Notes: generated from the letters alone by a model not told the origin. A stretch of DNA of 64,000 bases from an uncultured cyanobacterium (GCA_963803805.1 CAWDOD010000002.1:768001-832000); one strand, 5' to 3'; counted from the first letter of the stretch, positions 9,319 through 20,332 are shown. Numbers and translations are program-made.

Positions 9319-9428
9319 TAGACATCTCCGATAATTAAAAATCCAATCAATTCTCATACCGAAATTATCAATTCTTACCACTGTTCCCTGTTCCCCGTTC
9401 CCCGTTCCCTCTTTTCCGGAGATGTCTA
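9319..9428. mobile_element. MITE-like element with 12-bp terminal inverted repeats
   Basis: tagacatctccg (9319-9330) and cggagatgtcta (9417-9428) with TA ends; internal ctgttcc/ccgttcc heptamers. Confidence 0.6.
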
Positions 9429-9522
9429 ATAGATTCTGCTCAACAAGCCAGTATATTAACGGAAGCTAATAAGACAGGTAAGATATAATCCAAAGTTGGC
9501 CATCTTAGTTCCGCAATAATTT

Positions 9523-9891
9523 ATGACACCACAAGAATTAATTCTTCTTCTCTTATCAATATCAATTAGTGCTTTAGGACAGTTTTGTTTAAAGCTAGGG
9601 GCCCTCAAGTTAGGGAAAGTTACTGCTAATAATATGGTTAGTCATGTTCTCAGTATTGCTACCACCCCAGAATTAGTTGCTGGTTTGGTTTGTTATGGAT
9701 TAGGGGCAATTTTTTATATTATGTTGCTTACCCGCGTTAAGCTTAGCGTGGTTGGCCCTTCAGCTTCCTTAATCTATATTTTTTCGGTTTTACTAGGTTA
9801 TTTTGCTTTCAACGAAACTATTCCTGTTAGTCGTCTATTTGGGCTAGGTTTCATTGTTTGTGGTGTGGTTTTAGTAGTTTGGCAACAGTAA
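9523..9891 (+). CDS. Small EamA/SMR (DMT superfamily) membrane transporter
   Basis: Four hydrophobic helices; GQFCLKLG, LGYFAFNETI, GLGFIVCGVVLV. Confidence 0.85.
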   Translation: MTPQELILLLLSISISALGQFCLKLGALKLGKVTANNMVSHVLSIATTPELVAGLVCYGLGAIFYIMLLTRVKLSVVGPSASLIYIFSVLLGYFAFNETIPVSRLFGLGFIVCGVVLVVWQQ

Positions 9892-10068
9892 TTTCTTGAC
9901 ATACTAGTAGTACGTCTAGATTAATAGGCATAATTTTCTCAAACCTGCGCGGCTAAACACCGATCTGGTATTACTAGTTTAAGAACTGTCACATTAATTC
10001 TTTTTTGTACGGATTTAGGATGAAAAAGACTGCATTAGTGAATGAAGCGTCTCATAGGAGTGTTCGCT

Positions 10069-10293
10069 ATGCAAATTCAGGGTTCGGTTTTATTAACAAG
10101 CTTATTAGTTACTGGTTTGGTTAGTCATTACCATCAAGCAGAATATCAGCAGCAAATGCCAACACAATTTGAGACTCATAAACAAGGAATTCTTGCTCAA
10201 AATGAACAGCAAGGTAGTAATTCTCGTGGTGATGGCCGTCGGGGTGAGGATCAAGGGAAGGAGAAGAAGCAGGAACATCGTCATCAAACTTAA
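10069..10293 (+). CDS. PatX-like small secreted peptide with RGDGR motif
   Basis: AGGAG RBS at 10056-10060 favours ATG 10069. Hydrophobic N-terminus SVLLTSLLVTGL, a Q-rich linker, then SRGDGRR. Confidence 0.6.
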   Translation: MQIQGSVLLTSLLVTGLVSHYHQAEYQQQMPTQFETHKQGILAQNEQQGSNSRGDGRRGEDQGKEKKQEHRHQT

Positions 10294-10302
10294 AGGATAG
10301 AG

Positions 10303-11349
10303 TTACTCCTCATGGTCAAATCCCATAGATTGCAACATATTTTTTCTTCGCTTACGGGCAATTTCTTGGAGATCAATAATTCTATCTGTTTCATCAACTA
10401 TCTCTCCTGTGAGTACCTCAAGTACATCTTCTAAGGTGACAACTCCTGAGACACCGCCATACTCATCAAGGACAACAAAGAGATGTTCATGGGTAGATTG
10501 AAAAGTTTTCAGTAGTTTATCTGCCCTAACTGTTTCTGGTACGTAATGGACGGGACGAACTAAATTAGCAATTTGGCGATCGCTCTCATCTTCTACCATA
10601 GCAGCAAGTAAATCTTGCTTTAAGGCTACGCCAATTACTCGATCTAAAGAGTCTTCTACCACAATGATCCGGGTATGCTGAGAGTTTAGGACTTTGTCTT
10701 TGGCCTCTTTAAGGGTTAATTCCCCTCGCAAATAGGTAACAATTACCCTTGGTGTCATTAGGTTCGCAGCATTGAGATCATTCAGTTGAAAGACACGCTG
10801 AATCATTTCTGCTTCGTCGTCTTCAATGACTCCTTCTTGATAACCGATTCTAGCTAAAAATCGAATTTCTGCTTCGTTAGTGGTAGGGAGTTTTGTTCCT
10901 TTAATGAAGGGAGATGTTACTTGTTCCATTAACCACACTAAAGGAGTGAAGAGGAAAGTTAGCCCTTTAACAGGAATGGCCACAAAAAGAGCTATATGGT
11001 GAGCATAGCGTTCTCCTAAAGTTTTAGGAATTATTTCAGCAAATACAATAATTAAAAAGGTTAATACTGCCGAAAATAGCCCTAACCAAGCATCTCCTAA
11101 TTCTTGAGTTGCTAAACTGCCAATAACAATACTGCCAATAATATTGAAGGTATTGTTAAGGATGACAATAGTAGCTATAGGACGATTTATCCTTTGCCGG
11201 ATTGCTAAAAGGGCTAAGGTGGCAGGTTGTTTAGACTGGGCTAATTGGCGAACTTTAACTGTAGATATAGATAGTAAAGCAGTTTCTGCACAAGAACAGA
11301 TGGCCGAACCTGAGAGAACAATAAGGACAGTAATGAAAATCTCAAGCAT
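10303..11349 (-). CDS. CNNM/DUF21 + CBS domain protein (hemolysin/CorB family)
   Basis: SCAETALLS, AEIIPKTLG, MTPR, VLDEYGGVSGVVTLEDVLE. Confidence 0.92.
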   Translation of the reverse strand: MLEIFITVLIVLSGSAICSCAETALLSISTVKVRQLAQSKQPATLALLAIRQRINRPIATIVILNNTFNIIGSIVIGSLATQELGDAWLGLFSAVLTFLIIVFAEIIPKTLGERYAHHIALFVAIPVKGLTFLFTPLVWLMEQVTSPFIKGTKLPTTNEAEIRFLARIGYQEGVIEDDEAEMIQRVFQLNDLNAANLMTPRVIVTYLRGELTLKEAKDKVLNSQHTRIIVVEDSLDRVIGVALKQDLLAAMVEDESDRQIANLVRPVHYVPETVRADKLLKTFQSTHEHLFVVLDEYGGVSGVVTLEDVLEVLTGEIVDETDRIIDLQEIARKRRKNMLQSMGFDHEE

Positions 11350-11475
11350 GGGGATGGCAACAGAGGTTAGGCGAAACTGATGGAGAATGGGAAGTTGGTT
11401 TACTTCCTTTATCTTCCCATCTCATCAATTGCTAGTATCAGTTATTATTGCCATGGTGTGCTAGTTAATTATTGC

Positions 11476-11901
11476 TTATTTGCTGTCTTGTGCTTCTTTC
11501 TTTTGAGCAGAACCTTGGCTTCCTAGTTGAATCAATTCAATTTTATAACCATTAGGGTCTTCGACAAAGGCTATTACCGTTGAACCGTGTTTCATTGGCC
11601 CTGGTTCCCTAGTAATTCTACCTCCTCGCACTCTAATTTGAGCGCAGGTATCATAAATATTATCTACTCCAAGGGCAAGATGTCCAAAACCATCACCAAG
11701 TTCATAACTATCTACCCCCCAGTTATGGGTTAGTTCAATGACACTATGTTCCGACTCGTCGCCATATCCCACAAAGGCTAAGGTGAATTCGCCGCCGGGA
11801 TAGTCTTTTTGACGGAGTAATTTCATACCTAAAACGTCGCAGTAGAATTTCACCGATTCTTCTAAGTTGCCAACCCTAATCATGGTATGTAGCATTCGCA
11901 T
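11476..11901 (-). CDS. gloA: Lactoylglutathione lyase (glyoxalase I)
   Basis: [40 protein letters not shown]. Confidence 0.97.
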   Translation of the reverse strand: MRMLHTMIRVGNLEESVKFYCDVLGMKLLRQKDYPGGEFTLAFVGYGDESEHSVIELTHNWGVDSYELGDGFGHLALGVDNIYDTCAQIRVRGGRITREPGPMKHGSTVIAFVEDPNGYKIELIQLGSQGSAQKKEAQDSK

Positions 11902-12009
11902 AGTTTTATACTCTCCGTTTTTATTATTAATTGTCAGCGATACAATTATTTAGTCTAGCTTGCAAAAATGACTACAGTAGATTAAGGCTAAATTGAACAT
12001 TTTAAATGC

Positions 12010-13695
12010 GTGAAATCCCTTCGTCTTTACTTCCTCAACTGGCATATTTTTTGGAGTTTTATTTTGCTTCTTGCGGTGTTTTGGTCATTGCAAGTTGGCG
12101 GCATTTTTCAAGGTAATTTAATTAATCTCGGAGGCATTACCTTAGTTTTACGCTTTCTCCGTGCAGGTATTTCTCCTAAAATTAGTCCTGACTTTTTGCT
12201 TCTGACTTTAAAAGCAACATTAACCACCTTAGCTTTTGCTACCTGCGGGACTTTTTTTAGCTTACTTATTGGTGTTGTGGGAGGGGTATTTTCTTCTCAA
12301 GTTTGGTGGCATTCTTTATTACCTAATAATTCTATAGTTCCTTGGTTATTAGTAAGAAGTCTTTTAGCAATACCTCGCTCAATTCATGAAGCAATTTGGG
12401 GCTTATTTTTCGTTAACATTTTTGGCTTAGATCCTCTAGTAGCCATAAGTGCGATCGCCCTTCCTTTTGGAGCCATTACGGCTAAGGTTTTTGCCGAAAT
12501 TTTAGATGAAACACCCCCCCAAGCTTTACATAGTTTATTAGGTAGTGGTGTTTCTCCTTTATCAGCTTTTTTTTATAGTATAATTCCTCAAGCTTTTCTC
12601 AATCTTCTTTCCTACACTTTCTATCGTTTTGAGTGTTCTATTCGTTCTGCTGCGGTGTTAGGGATTATTGGTGCAGGAGGATTAGGTTATGAAATTTTAC
12701 TTAGTTTGCAAGCCCTAAATTACGAGCAAATGTGGACTTTTTTAATTGCTTTAATTATTTTAACTGGTAGTGTTGATTTATGGAGTTCTTTGTTGCGTCG
12801 CGGTTTGGATGCCCCTTCTCGCTTGGATTTGCATCTTCTAAGTTCAGTAAAGAGAAATGATAACACCGAAAAAACAAAAACTTTTAGTAAAGGCAAATCT
12901 TACTTAATTAACGCCTCTGCTATTGGTGTAGTTATCTTAATGATTTTTTCTTTTTGGTACATTAGAGCAGATTTTTCTCAACTTTATTCTTCTCGTACTA
13001 TTAGTAATCTTAGTAACCTAGTCAAAGAAGCCTTTCCACCGAATTTTAGCTGGCTATCTTACCTTTGGGAACTCTCTCAACAAACCTTAGCTATGTCGAT
13101 TTTAGCAATAGTTATAGCTGGTTGCGGAGGCATCTTACTTTCTTTTGCTGCTGCTAATAACTTATTCCTATCAGGAGGAGTATTCAACCCAGTTAAAAAC
13201 CAGAAAATACTCTTTCTTTTCCTATTAATTACTACTCGTTTAATTTTACTTGTAGCCAGGGCTATTCCTGAACCAATTTGGGCGCTAATTTTTCTTTTTG
13301 TCTTCTTTCCAGGCATTTTACCCGGTGCGATCGCTCTGGGTTTACATAATTTAGGTATCCTAGGACGTTTAATGGCAGAGGTAATAGAAAATCTTGAGCA
13401 ACAACCCTTAAAATCTCTCTCTGCTTTGGGGGCAACATCAGGACAAGTTTTTCTCTATGGGATTTTACCCCTAACTTTACCTCGCTTTCTTGCTTATATT
13501 CTTTACCGTTGGGAAGTTTGTATCCGTGCCACTGTTATTGTCGGTTTAGTAGGGGCAGGAGGGTTAGGTAGGTTATTAACAGAGCAATTAAGTAATTTCG
13601 ATTACCCTAGTGTTGTTACTATTTTGATAGTGTTTATAGTACTTACTTCTATTGTTGATATTATTAGTACTTCAGTAAGGCAAACTTTGAGATAA
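12010..13695 (+). CDS. PhnE/PtxC-family ABC transporter permease with two fused permease domains
   Basis: Two copies of the permease signature: YRFECSIRSAAVLGIIGAGGLG and YRWEVCIRATVIVGLVGAGGLG. Confidence 0.88.
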   Translation: MKSLRLYFLNWHIFWSFILLLAVFWSLQVGGIFQGNLINLGGITLVLRFLRAGISPKISPDFLLLTLKATLTTLAFATCGTFFSLLIGVVGGVFSSQVWWHSLLPNNSIVPWLLVRSLLAIPRSIHEAIWGLFFVNIFGLDPLVAISAIALPFGAITAKVFAEILDETPPQALHSLLGSGVSPLSAFFYSIIPQAFLNLLSYTFYRFECSIRSAAVLGIIGAGGLGYEILLSLQALNYEQMWTFLIALIILTGSVDLWSSLLRRGLDAPSRLDLHLLSSVKRNDNTEKTKTFSKGKSYLINASAIGVVILMIFSFWYIRADFSQLYSSRTISNLSNLVKEAFPPNFSWLSYLWELSQQTLAMSILAIVIAGCGGILLSFAAANNLFLSGGVFNPVKNQKILFLFLLITTRLILLVARAIPEPIWALIFLFVFFPGILPGAIALGLHNLGILGRLMAEVIENLEQQPLKSLSALGATSGQVFLYGILPLTLPRFLAYILYRWEVCIRATVIVGLVGAGGLGRLLTEQLSNFDYPSVVTILIVFIVLTSIVDIISTSVRQTLR

Positions 13696-13789
13696 ATCTA
13701 GTTGTAATGACCTGGATGTTGAATATTTTCAAAAGTTGATTTGTTGATAAACTAGTATGTGCATCTAGTCTACCTAGAAAGAGATATTG

Positions 13790-14695
13790 CTATGAACAAA
13801 AACTGTCGTATTCAGAAATTTTAATTTTAGTTTCTTGGGCAAGACACATAGCAATTCCTTTTTCATAGTAAGCAACTTCATTAATAAAAAGCGGCCAAAC
13901 AGTTTCTTGACCTTCATAAAATATTGTTTTCCCCTCAAAGGTTAGAAATATAGGCTCTCCTGGTTGAAGCTTTTGATAATCTTTATTCTCAAGTTGAGGA
14001 TGAATCATTGCTTGGATTTCTCCTGCCTTATTCTTAGGATAATCAATAGTTCTTAAATGCTGGTAGATAGTTAACTCCTGATCTATTTTTGGTAAAAAAC
14101 CTTGGTTGTATTTATCTAAGTAGTCTAGAACATGATGAACTAAATTTTCTGTTTTTTGAAGCATAGTAGCTTTGAGAGTCCCCGGTACAATTGGCCCTAA
14201 TTCAAGAGAAAAACCTAATTCGCATAAGGAATTAAGGAAAGGGTTTTCCTGGGTTTTTTCTGTCCAATAATAAACTTTTAATTTGGGTTCTATCAGGCTT
14301 AAATAAGCAGCTAACCTAAGATTAAAAGGATGCTGATTTACTAAAATTATTGTTAATCCCATGTTGGCACTACTACTATGTAAATCCAAGATAAAATCAG
14401 CTTGAGAACTACCTTGAAAACCGATGGTTTGATGAATGATTTTCGCTCTTTTCTCTTCGTAGGTACTTAGGGCAGGATTATGTAAGTCTTGGGTGACAAA
14501 GCAGCGATTCAGGTCTTTATCAAGATACCTTCTAGCTGCTTGAAAAGCTCTGGGGTTAGCTAATATTGCTTGGGTTTGGAAACTTTTTCTGTTGATTAAC
14601 TCAGGGAAATTATCAAACTTCTTTACTAAGTAGATCCCAGTAAATTCATTGCCGTGAGTTCCCCCGACAACGGCAACTCTATCGATATTTACCAT
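13790..14695 (-). CDS. Aspartoacylase
   Basis: GGTHGNE, RYLDKDLNR, LDLHSS, FINEVAYYEKGIA. Confidence 0.92.
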   Translation of the reverse strand: MVNIDRVAVVGGTHGNEFTGIYLVKKFDNFPELINRKSFQTQAILANPRAFQAARRYLDKDLNRCFVTQDLHNPALSTYEEKRAKIIHQTIGFQGSSQADFILDLHSSSANMGLTIILVNQHPFNLRLAAYLSLIEPKLKVYYWTEKTQENPFLNSLCELGFSLELGPIVPGTLKATMLQKTENLVHHVLDYLDKYNQGFLPKIDQELTIYQHLRTIDYPKNKAGEIQAMIHPQLENKDYQKLQPGEPIFLTFEGKTIFYEGQETVWPLFINEVAYYEKGIAMCLAQETKIKISEYDSFCS

Positions 14696-15075
14696 TGATG
14701 ACTATAACTCCTGTTTAGCTGTACTTGATTCAAAATTTTCTTTTGATTGTCTACTATTTCACTAAAAAGAGATATTCTCAGGATAAGAACCTTTTTAAGA
14801 TAATTTTCTTTTCAATTAATCAATAGTTGATACTAAAAAAAATGCTCCTTTAGTTATAAATTTAGCGACTTCTCTAAAAAAATGGAGAATATACGGAAAA
14901 ACAACTTGTCTAAGCTATTTTATTATCCTTGAGCTTAACTAGTTAAATTTACAAACTTCAGTATTACTAATAAATCTTGTTTACTCTCAAGGAAAAATAA
15001 AAAAAGTGTCAGTATTAACTAAGCTATTTACTATATTCACATTTCCAAGAGAATCATTATATTAAATTGTCATTT

Positions 15076-17373
15076 TTAGGGAATAGCTAAAGTTGTATCT
15101 TCTATCCTTCGGTGTAAATCAGGAGTAACTTGACAATCGCTTTGCAGACATTTGATGAGAAATTGATTAGTATCATAGTACTTTTGTAGTAATTCTTCTT
15201 GTTGAAGAGTAAACTGCCATTCATAACCAATTTGTCTGTATTCTATTAATAAATCTCTAAATTTGCTTACCCATTCTGTACCATTGCTATACCACCAGTT
15301 CTGGAGATTTTCTTTGCCTATTTCTAAATCAGGTAGTTCTTTCTTCAAAACTTGGAGTGCTTCTTGTAACTGCTCTTCCATCTTAAAATTGCGTTCTAAA
15401 TCTAAAGCAAAACCCAAATTAATAATATTTTTAAGCTCAGGATTTTTAATCAAGATTAAGCTTATACGAAAAGCACGAGCTAAAGCTAAATCCAAAGCTA
15501 ATTCGGGAGATAAATCAGAAGCTAAATTAGGGTCTAAAGATAAAGCTAAATTCAAATCTCGATCATCAAAAAGAGTAAAATAAAAAGCCCTCACTGCTCC
15601 TAAATGGTAAGATACATCTAAGCTATTAACCTTTTTGTTGAGAGATATAATGAAAGTTTTTAGTTCTTCTTTTCCTAGTAAGATTTTATCAACCTCTTTC
15701 TTCATTGCTTGCAAAAGAAAATCTGCATTGGGTAGCATACTTGCCGTTAGCAAAATAACTTCTTGCCATTGCGGATTAGTGGTATGACTAGTAAGGGTAG
15801 TCAAAGACTTTTCTGGTGTCTCTTCTTTGAAGTTAGCAACGATTTTTCTGGCAGTAAGATACTCTTGAAAAGTTAAATGAGAAAAAGAATAAATATCCCT
15901 AGCTCTTTCTACCAGTAAACCATGTTGCAATTCAATGGCTGTCAGAATCGCCTCGCTGTCTAGCCACAAAGTTTCTGGATCTGGGTTACTATTAGGTAAA
16001 CTAGCTAAATGATTGCTAATAATATCGAGGATTTCACTCTTTTCAAAAAAGAAACTACCTCGTTCAAAGTTTGTAGCAGCAATTTGGCTGAGAAGCTTAA
16101 TTTTATCAGCCAAGGATAGGTTACGGTAAGCTTTATCTCTTTGAATTCCCCTTGCTTGGTCCCAACGTACCAAAAGAATATCCAAACCTGCTTGATAAAG
16201 TTTAGAACGTTTAGTGGGAAAGGTTGCTCTTTCTTGAAATACAGAGCAAATTAAACTTAATAGAATAGGTGTAGCAACCAATTCTCTAATTGGTTGATTT
16301 TCCTGAGATTCTAACTGTTCAAAAAACTTCTTAGTTAAAACAAGTCCTTCTGTTTCAGAACCAATAGAGTTGGTAACAAACCACTTTTGAGCAAAGGTTC
16401 TAATTTGTGTCGAATCAAAGTCAGCAATTTCTACATAATTAAACCCTCTAAAATAATATTGTTGGGCGGCGATACGACAAGTAATAATAATTTGGTTTTG
16501 ATAGTAGTTATTGGCGAAGAGATCAATTTCTTTTAAAACTTCCTGACTGTATTCTTTAGGAACTTCATCTAATCCATCTAAAAGTACTAAAATCTTGCCT
16601 TTTTGAAGGAGAATATCTACTTGTTCTAGAGTAACTTGACAACTATTCCAACTGCGAGTGATATAGTTTAAAAAACTAAAATCTTCTTCATCTTTGGTTT
16701 GGGCTACAAAATTGCGAAGCTGAATAAAAACGGGTATGCAATCATCCTTATATTCACCTTTACTACATTGAATAGCTAAATGTTGTAAAAAAGTGGTTTT
16801 ACCAGCTCCCGGCTTACCTAAAATCATCAACTTAGCACTATCGGTAGCTGCTTGAATACCTGCTACTACCTGCTGATTTTTTGAGGTTAACCGAGGACGT
16901 TCCACCTGTGGGTGAGAATCTTGCAAATCAGATACTTCTAACCACCTTTGATTAGTAAGATGGGGCAGAATGTTAACGCTAGTGTAAATAGAATCTAGCA
17001 ACAAAGGCTGAGTCATATCAAAAGATGACTGCAAAATGCCACATTGAGCTTGAATTTGCTCCTTAGTTTGGGATCGCAAAGTTGCTACCCAATTTTCAAC
17101 TCCGGCATGGTTATCTAACCCAGTAGAGGGAGGTAGAGATTCAACCTCCGGAGGTAAATCAGCGATAGATTGCCATTCAAGATCCAATTGGAAGCAAATA
17201 TCAACAAAAAGATGCCTTTCAATCGGTCTGCCTGTAAAAAACTTCCAGATGGATTGACGAGTAGATAAGCCCACTTCTGCGGCTAAATACTCCTGAGTCC
17301 AGCCTTTTCTCTGAAAAGCTTTCTTGGCTCTAGTAATACCTTCTGGGGATGCTTTAAGCGATCGCTTAGCCAT
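15076..17373 (-). CDS. XRE-like HTH + NACHT NTPase protein
   Basis: N-terminal GWTQEYLAAEVGLSTRQSIWKFF; Walker A GKPGAGKTT; Walker B LLDGLDE; YSFSHLTFQEYL. Confidence 0.9.
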   Translation of the reverse strand: MAKRSLKASPEGITRAKKAFQRKGWTQEYLAAEVGLSTRQSIWKFFTGRPIERHLFVDICFQLDLEWQSIADLPPEVESLPPSTGLDNHAGVENWVATLRSQTKEQIQAQCGILQSSFDMTQPLLLDSIYTSVNILPHLTNQRWLEVSDLQDSHPQVERPRLTSKNQQVVAGIQAATDSAKLMILGKPGAGKTTFLQHLAIQCSKGEYKDDCIPVFIQLRNFVAQTKDEEDFSFLNYITRSWNSCQVTLEQVDILLQKGKILVLLDGLDEVPKEYSQEVLKEIDLFANNYYQNQIIITCRIAAQQYYFRGFNYVEIADFDSTQIRTFAQKWFVTNSIGSETEGLVLTKKFFEQLESQENQPIRELVATPILLSLICSVFQERATFPTKRSKLYQAGLDILLVRWDQARGIQRDKAYRNLSLADKIKLLSQIAATNFERGSFFFEKSEILDIISNHLASLPNSNPDPETLWLDSEAILTAIELQHGLLVERARDIYSFSHLTFQEYLTARKIVANFKEETPEKSLTTLTSHTTNPQWQEVILLTASMLPNADFLLQAMKKEVDKILLGKEELKTFIISLNKKVNSLDVSYHLGAVRAFYFTLFDDRDLNLALSLDPNLASDLSPELALDLALARAFRISLILIKNPELKNIINLGFALDLERNFKMEEQLQEALQVLKKELPDLEIGKENLQNWWYSNGTEWVSKFRDLLIEYRQIGYEWQFTLQQEELLQKYYDTNQFLIKCLQSDCQVTPDLHRRIEDTTLAIP

Positions 17374-17525
17374 TAATCTATCTGGATTCCTCTCTAAACA
17401 GAGCTAAGAAGTTTATTCCTTCTTATATCCATAATATTCCCCATTTAAGTTGATCGTAGATAGGGTAATTGCTTCAATTAAACTAATTAGGGTTGCCCCA
17501 GGGCATTTTCTGACACTAACTTTGA

Positions 17526-17747
17526 TCAACTAATCAGTTGATCACTATTTAACTTATTGGTAATATCCAAAGCACCATCTTGAATATACTGTATGTACTT
17601 CAGGCGTTTTTCTTCAGACCAAGTTTCACCATGATTTTTAAGCAGTTCGGCAGAAGATAAGATTTTGGTCAAAGGAGTACGCAGTTCGTGATGAAAATTG
17701 GTCAAAAACTTTACCAGATCGGTTTCGATCGGCTCTTCATCCTTCAT
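17526..17747 (-). CDS. Stand-alone HisKA (DHp) domain protein
   Basis: H-box FHHELRTPLTKILSSAELL; no HATPase domain. Confidence 0.7.
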   Translation of the reverse strand: MKDEEPIETDLVKFLTNFHHELRTPLTKILSSAELLKNHGETWSEEKRLKYIQYIQDGALDITNKLNSDQLIS

Positions 17748-17907
17748 TTTTTTTTTATATTTCTAGTGGTATTAGTCATTTTTAGCTGTTAACTTGGCTA
17801 TTAGGCATCTGTCCTAAAGTCTAGATACTTAGAACTTTTGATACAACTTGAGGATTACTTACAAATACGCAGATAGAGAATGATTTGAAGCTAATACTAA
17901 ACCGGGT

Positions 17908-19755
17908 TTAGTTGTGGGGAGCAGGGAGCAGGGAGGGGGGAGAAGTTGGTATCACATTGCCTTTTGCTAAACGCTTTTTAATCGTCCCTAAAACATCTTC
18001 TAACTGTACATCCTTAGACTCTTTCGTTGCCCTTTCTACTAACTCCACCTTGCCTTCTTGTAAAGAGCGTCCGGTAACAAGGCGATAGGGAATGCCAATT
18101 AAATCTGCATCTTTAAACTTAACCCCTGCCCTTTCTTGGCGATCATCGAGTAGGGTTTCTATACCAGCTTGATTCAACTCCTCATATAACCTTTGCGCTG
18201 CTGCCATTTGCTGTTCGTTATTAATATTAGGAACGGTAATAATTACGTGATAAGGTGCGATCGCTACGGGCCAAATAATGCCATCTTTGTCATAGGATTG
18301 TTCTACTGCTGCTTGTGCTAAACGGGAAACCCCCACGCCATAACAACCCATCCATAAAGGAAAAGACTTTCCCTCTTCATTGGTATAGGTTGCACCCATA
18401 GCCTCAGAGTATTTTGTTCCCAACTGAAATATATGCCCTACCTCAATTCCCCTAGCACTTTGAAGGATTTGTTTGGGGTTATGAATAGCGCGATCTCCTA
18501 CTGTTGCTTTACGCAGGTCTATCACCGATTCCGGCAGGGTAAATTCTGCCCCCCAATTTGCCCCCACAACGTGATGCCCTAGTTCATTTGCTCCGGTAAC
18601 GAAGTTTTTGACCTCAACAACGGTTTGGTCTGCTAGACGCAAAAATTCACTAGCAAAATTCTCTACTTTTTTGATGTAATCATCCTTCAGATCCGGGGCA
18701 ATGTAACCTAAAGGTAGGGGTTGAGCAGCCCATTTTCTTTGAGCATTTTCATCAGGTACATTAAGAGCAAGAATTGTATTGGCGTTGTAGTTTCCAGCTA
18801 ATTTAACCAATTCATTTTGCAACTTCACTTCATTAACATCCTGATCGCCACGAATGCTAACTAAAACCAATACCGTCATGCCGTTATCATAAACAGTTTC
18901 ATACAAAACATTTTTAATTGCTACTGTAGGAGAACAACCTAAAAAGTCGCACATAGTAGCAATGGTGGCTGTGTTAGGAGTTTCTCGCTTCTCGTAGCTA
19001 GTAAAAGGAGATGCTTCTATTTCTGGAGGTAAAGAAGTTGCCTTTTCCACATTAGCGGCATAGTTGCCATCTTCTGTGTAGAGGACTTCATCTTCCCCTG
19101 CTTCTGCTAAAACCATAAATTCTTGGGAACCAGAACCGCCAATGGCTCCAGAGTCTGCTTCCACAGCCCGAAAAGCTAAACCAGAGCGGGTAAGCATATT
19201 ACGATAGGCCCTATCCATAGCTTGGTAAGTTTCTTTCAAACTCTCCTCATCACTATGGAAAGAATAGCCATCTTTCATAATAAATTCTCGCCCTCGCATT
19301 AGACCAAAACGAGGTCGAATTTCATCACGGAATTTAGTTTGAATTTGATAAAGGTGGAGGGGTAGCTGGCGGTAGGAACGGATTGTATCTTTAGCAATGG
19401 TGGTGATAACTTCTTCATGGGTGGGGCCTAATGCTAATTGTCGCTCCTGCCTATCGGTAAGGGAAAACATAATCCCTTCCGCTTTAGTATAGGTATCCCA
19501 ACGCCCTGATTCTTGCCACAATTCTGAGGGTTGCAGTTGGGGTAACAAGCATTCTTGCGCCCCAGTAGCATTCATTTCTTCCCGAACAATTTGAGAGACT
19601 TTTTGCAACACCCGCCACATTAAGGGTAAGTAAGCATAAACGCCACTACCAATGCGACGAATATAACCTGCCCGAAGCAAAAGCTTATGGCTAGGAATTT
19701 CTGCTTCCCTTGGTGCTTCTCGCAGGGTGACAAACAGCATTTGAGACAGTCGCAT
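17908..19755 (-). CDS. proS: Proline--tRNA ligase
   Basis: [44 protein letters not shown]. Confidence 0.98.
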   Translation of the reverse strand: MRLSQMLFVTLREAPREAEIPSHKLLLRAGYIRRIGSGVYAYLPLMWRVLQKVSQIVREEMNATGAQECLLPQLQPSELWQESGRWDTYTKAEGIMFSLTDRQERQLALGPTHEEVITTIAKDTIRSYRQLPLHLYQIQTKFRDEIRPRFGLMRGREFIMKDGYSFHSDEESLKETYQAMDRAYRNMLTRSGLAFRAVEADSGAIGGSGSQEFMVLAEAGEDEVLYTEDGNYAANVEKATSLPPEIEASPFTSYEKRETPNTATIATMCDFLGCSPTVAIKNVLYETVYDNGMTVLVLVSIRGDQDVNEVKLQNELVKLAGNYNANTILALNVPDENAQRKWAAQPLPLGYIAPDLKDDYIKKVENFASEFLRLADQTVVEVKNFVTGANELGHHVVGANWGAEFTLPESVIDLRKATVGDRAIHNPKQILQSARGIEVGHIFQLGTKYSEAMGATYTNEEGKSFPLWMGCYGVGVSRLAQAAVEQSYDKDGIIWPVAIAPYHVIITVPNINNEQQMAAAQRLYEELNQAGIETLLDDRQERAGVKFKDADLIGIPYRLVTGRSLQEGKVELVERATKESKDVQLEDVLGTIKKRLAKGNVIPTSPPSLLPAPHN

Positions 19756-19891
19756 TACTTACTTACCTTATCTGTACCGAAGAATGATTATTTCATTCAG
19801 TCTATGGCATTAAGGAAGTTATACAAAATCTAACTTTGATAGACTACTATATATTCTCTTAAAAGAGATGATTAAGTTAAAATAACCTTGG

Positions 19892-20275
19892 TTAATCTTG
19901 TACATATTCTGTGCCGTTAACCAAAGCCATTTCTGCTTTGACAAACTCCCTACCCAAATAAAGGGCATGAGCTAAGTAAGAAAGGGGACAAGGTTGAGCA
20001 ACTTCGGTAATTTTCACCCCTAATTCTTTGGCTGTTCTACCGGTAAAAGTAGCTGTAGGAGTTCGCTTTAAAGGTTTGTCACAAGGAAAAGGCTTTCCGG
20101 TTTCGGGATCTACGGCTAAACCTTTTTCGTTAATCTCATTGGTATAGTGTTCTGCACAAATCAAACTTTTCCCTCGATCTAAATAAATAATAAAATAACC
20201 AGCCGGATCTAGTTCAATGAAGCGTTGGGAAAGTTCTTCATCAATAGCGGCTAAATTATCGAGCTTTATAGTCAT
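19892..20275 (-). CDS. DUF4346 domain protein
   Basis: ELDPAGYFII, HALYLGRE...AE, YVQD. Confidence 0.8.
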   Translation of the reverse strand: MTIKLDNLAAIDEELSQRFIELDPAGYFIIYLDRGKSLICAEHYTNEINEKGLAVDPETGKPFPCDKPLKRTPTATFTGRTAKELGVKITEVAQPCPLSYLAHALYLGREFVKAEMALVNGTEYVQD

Positions 20276-20332
20276 ACAAAATAAGTGTTTATTTGCAAGT
20301 TTGGGTAAGCTGTTGAAATGTATTCTTAATAG

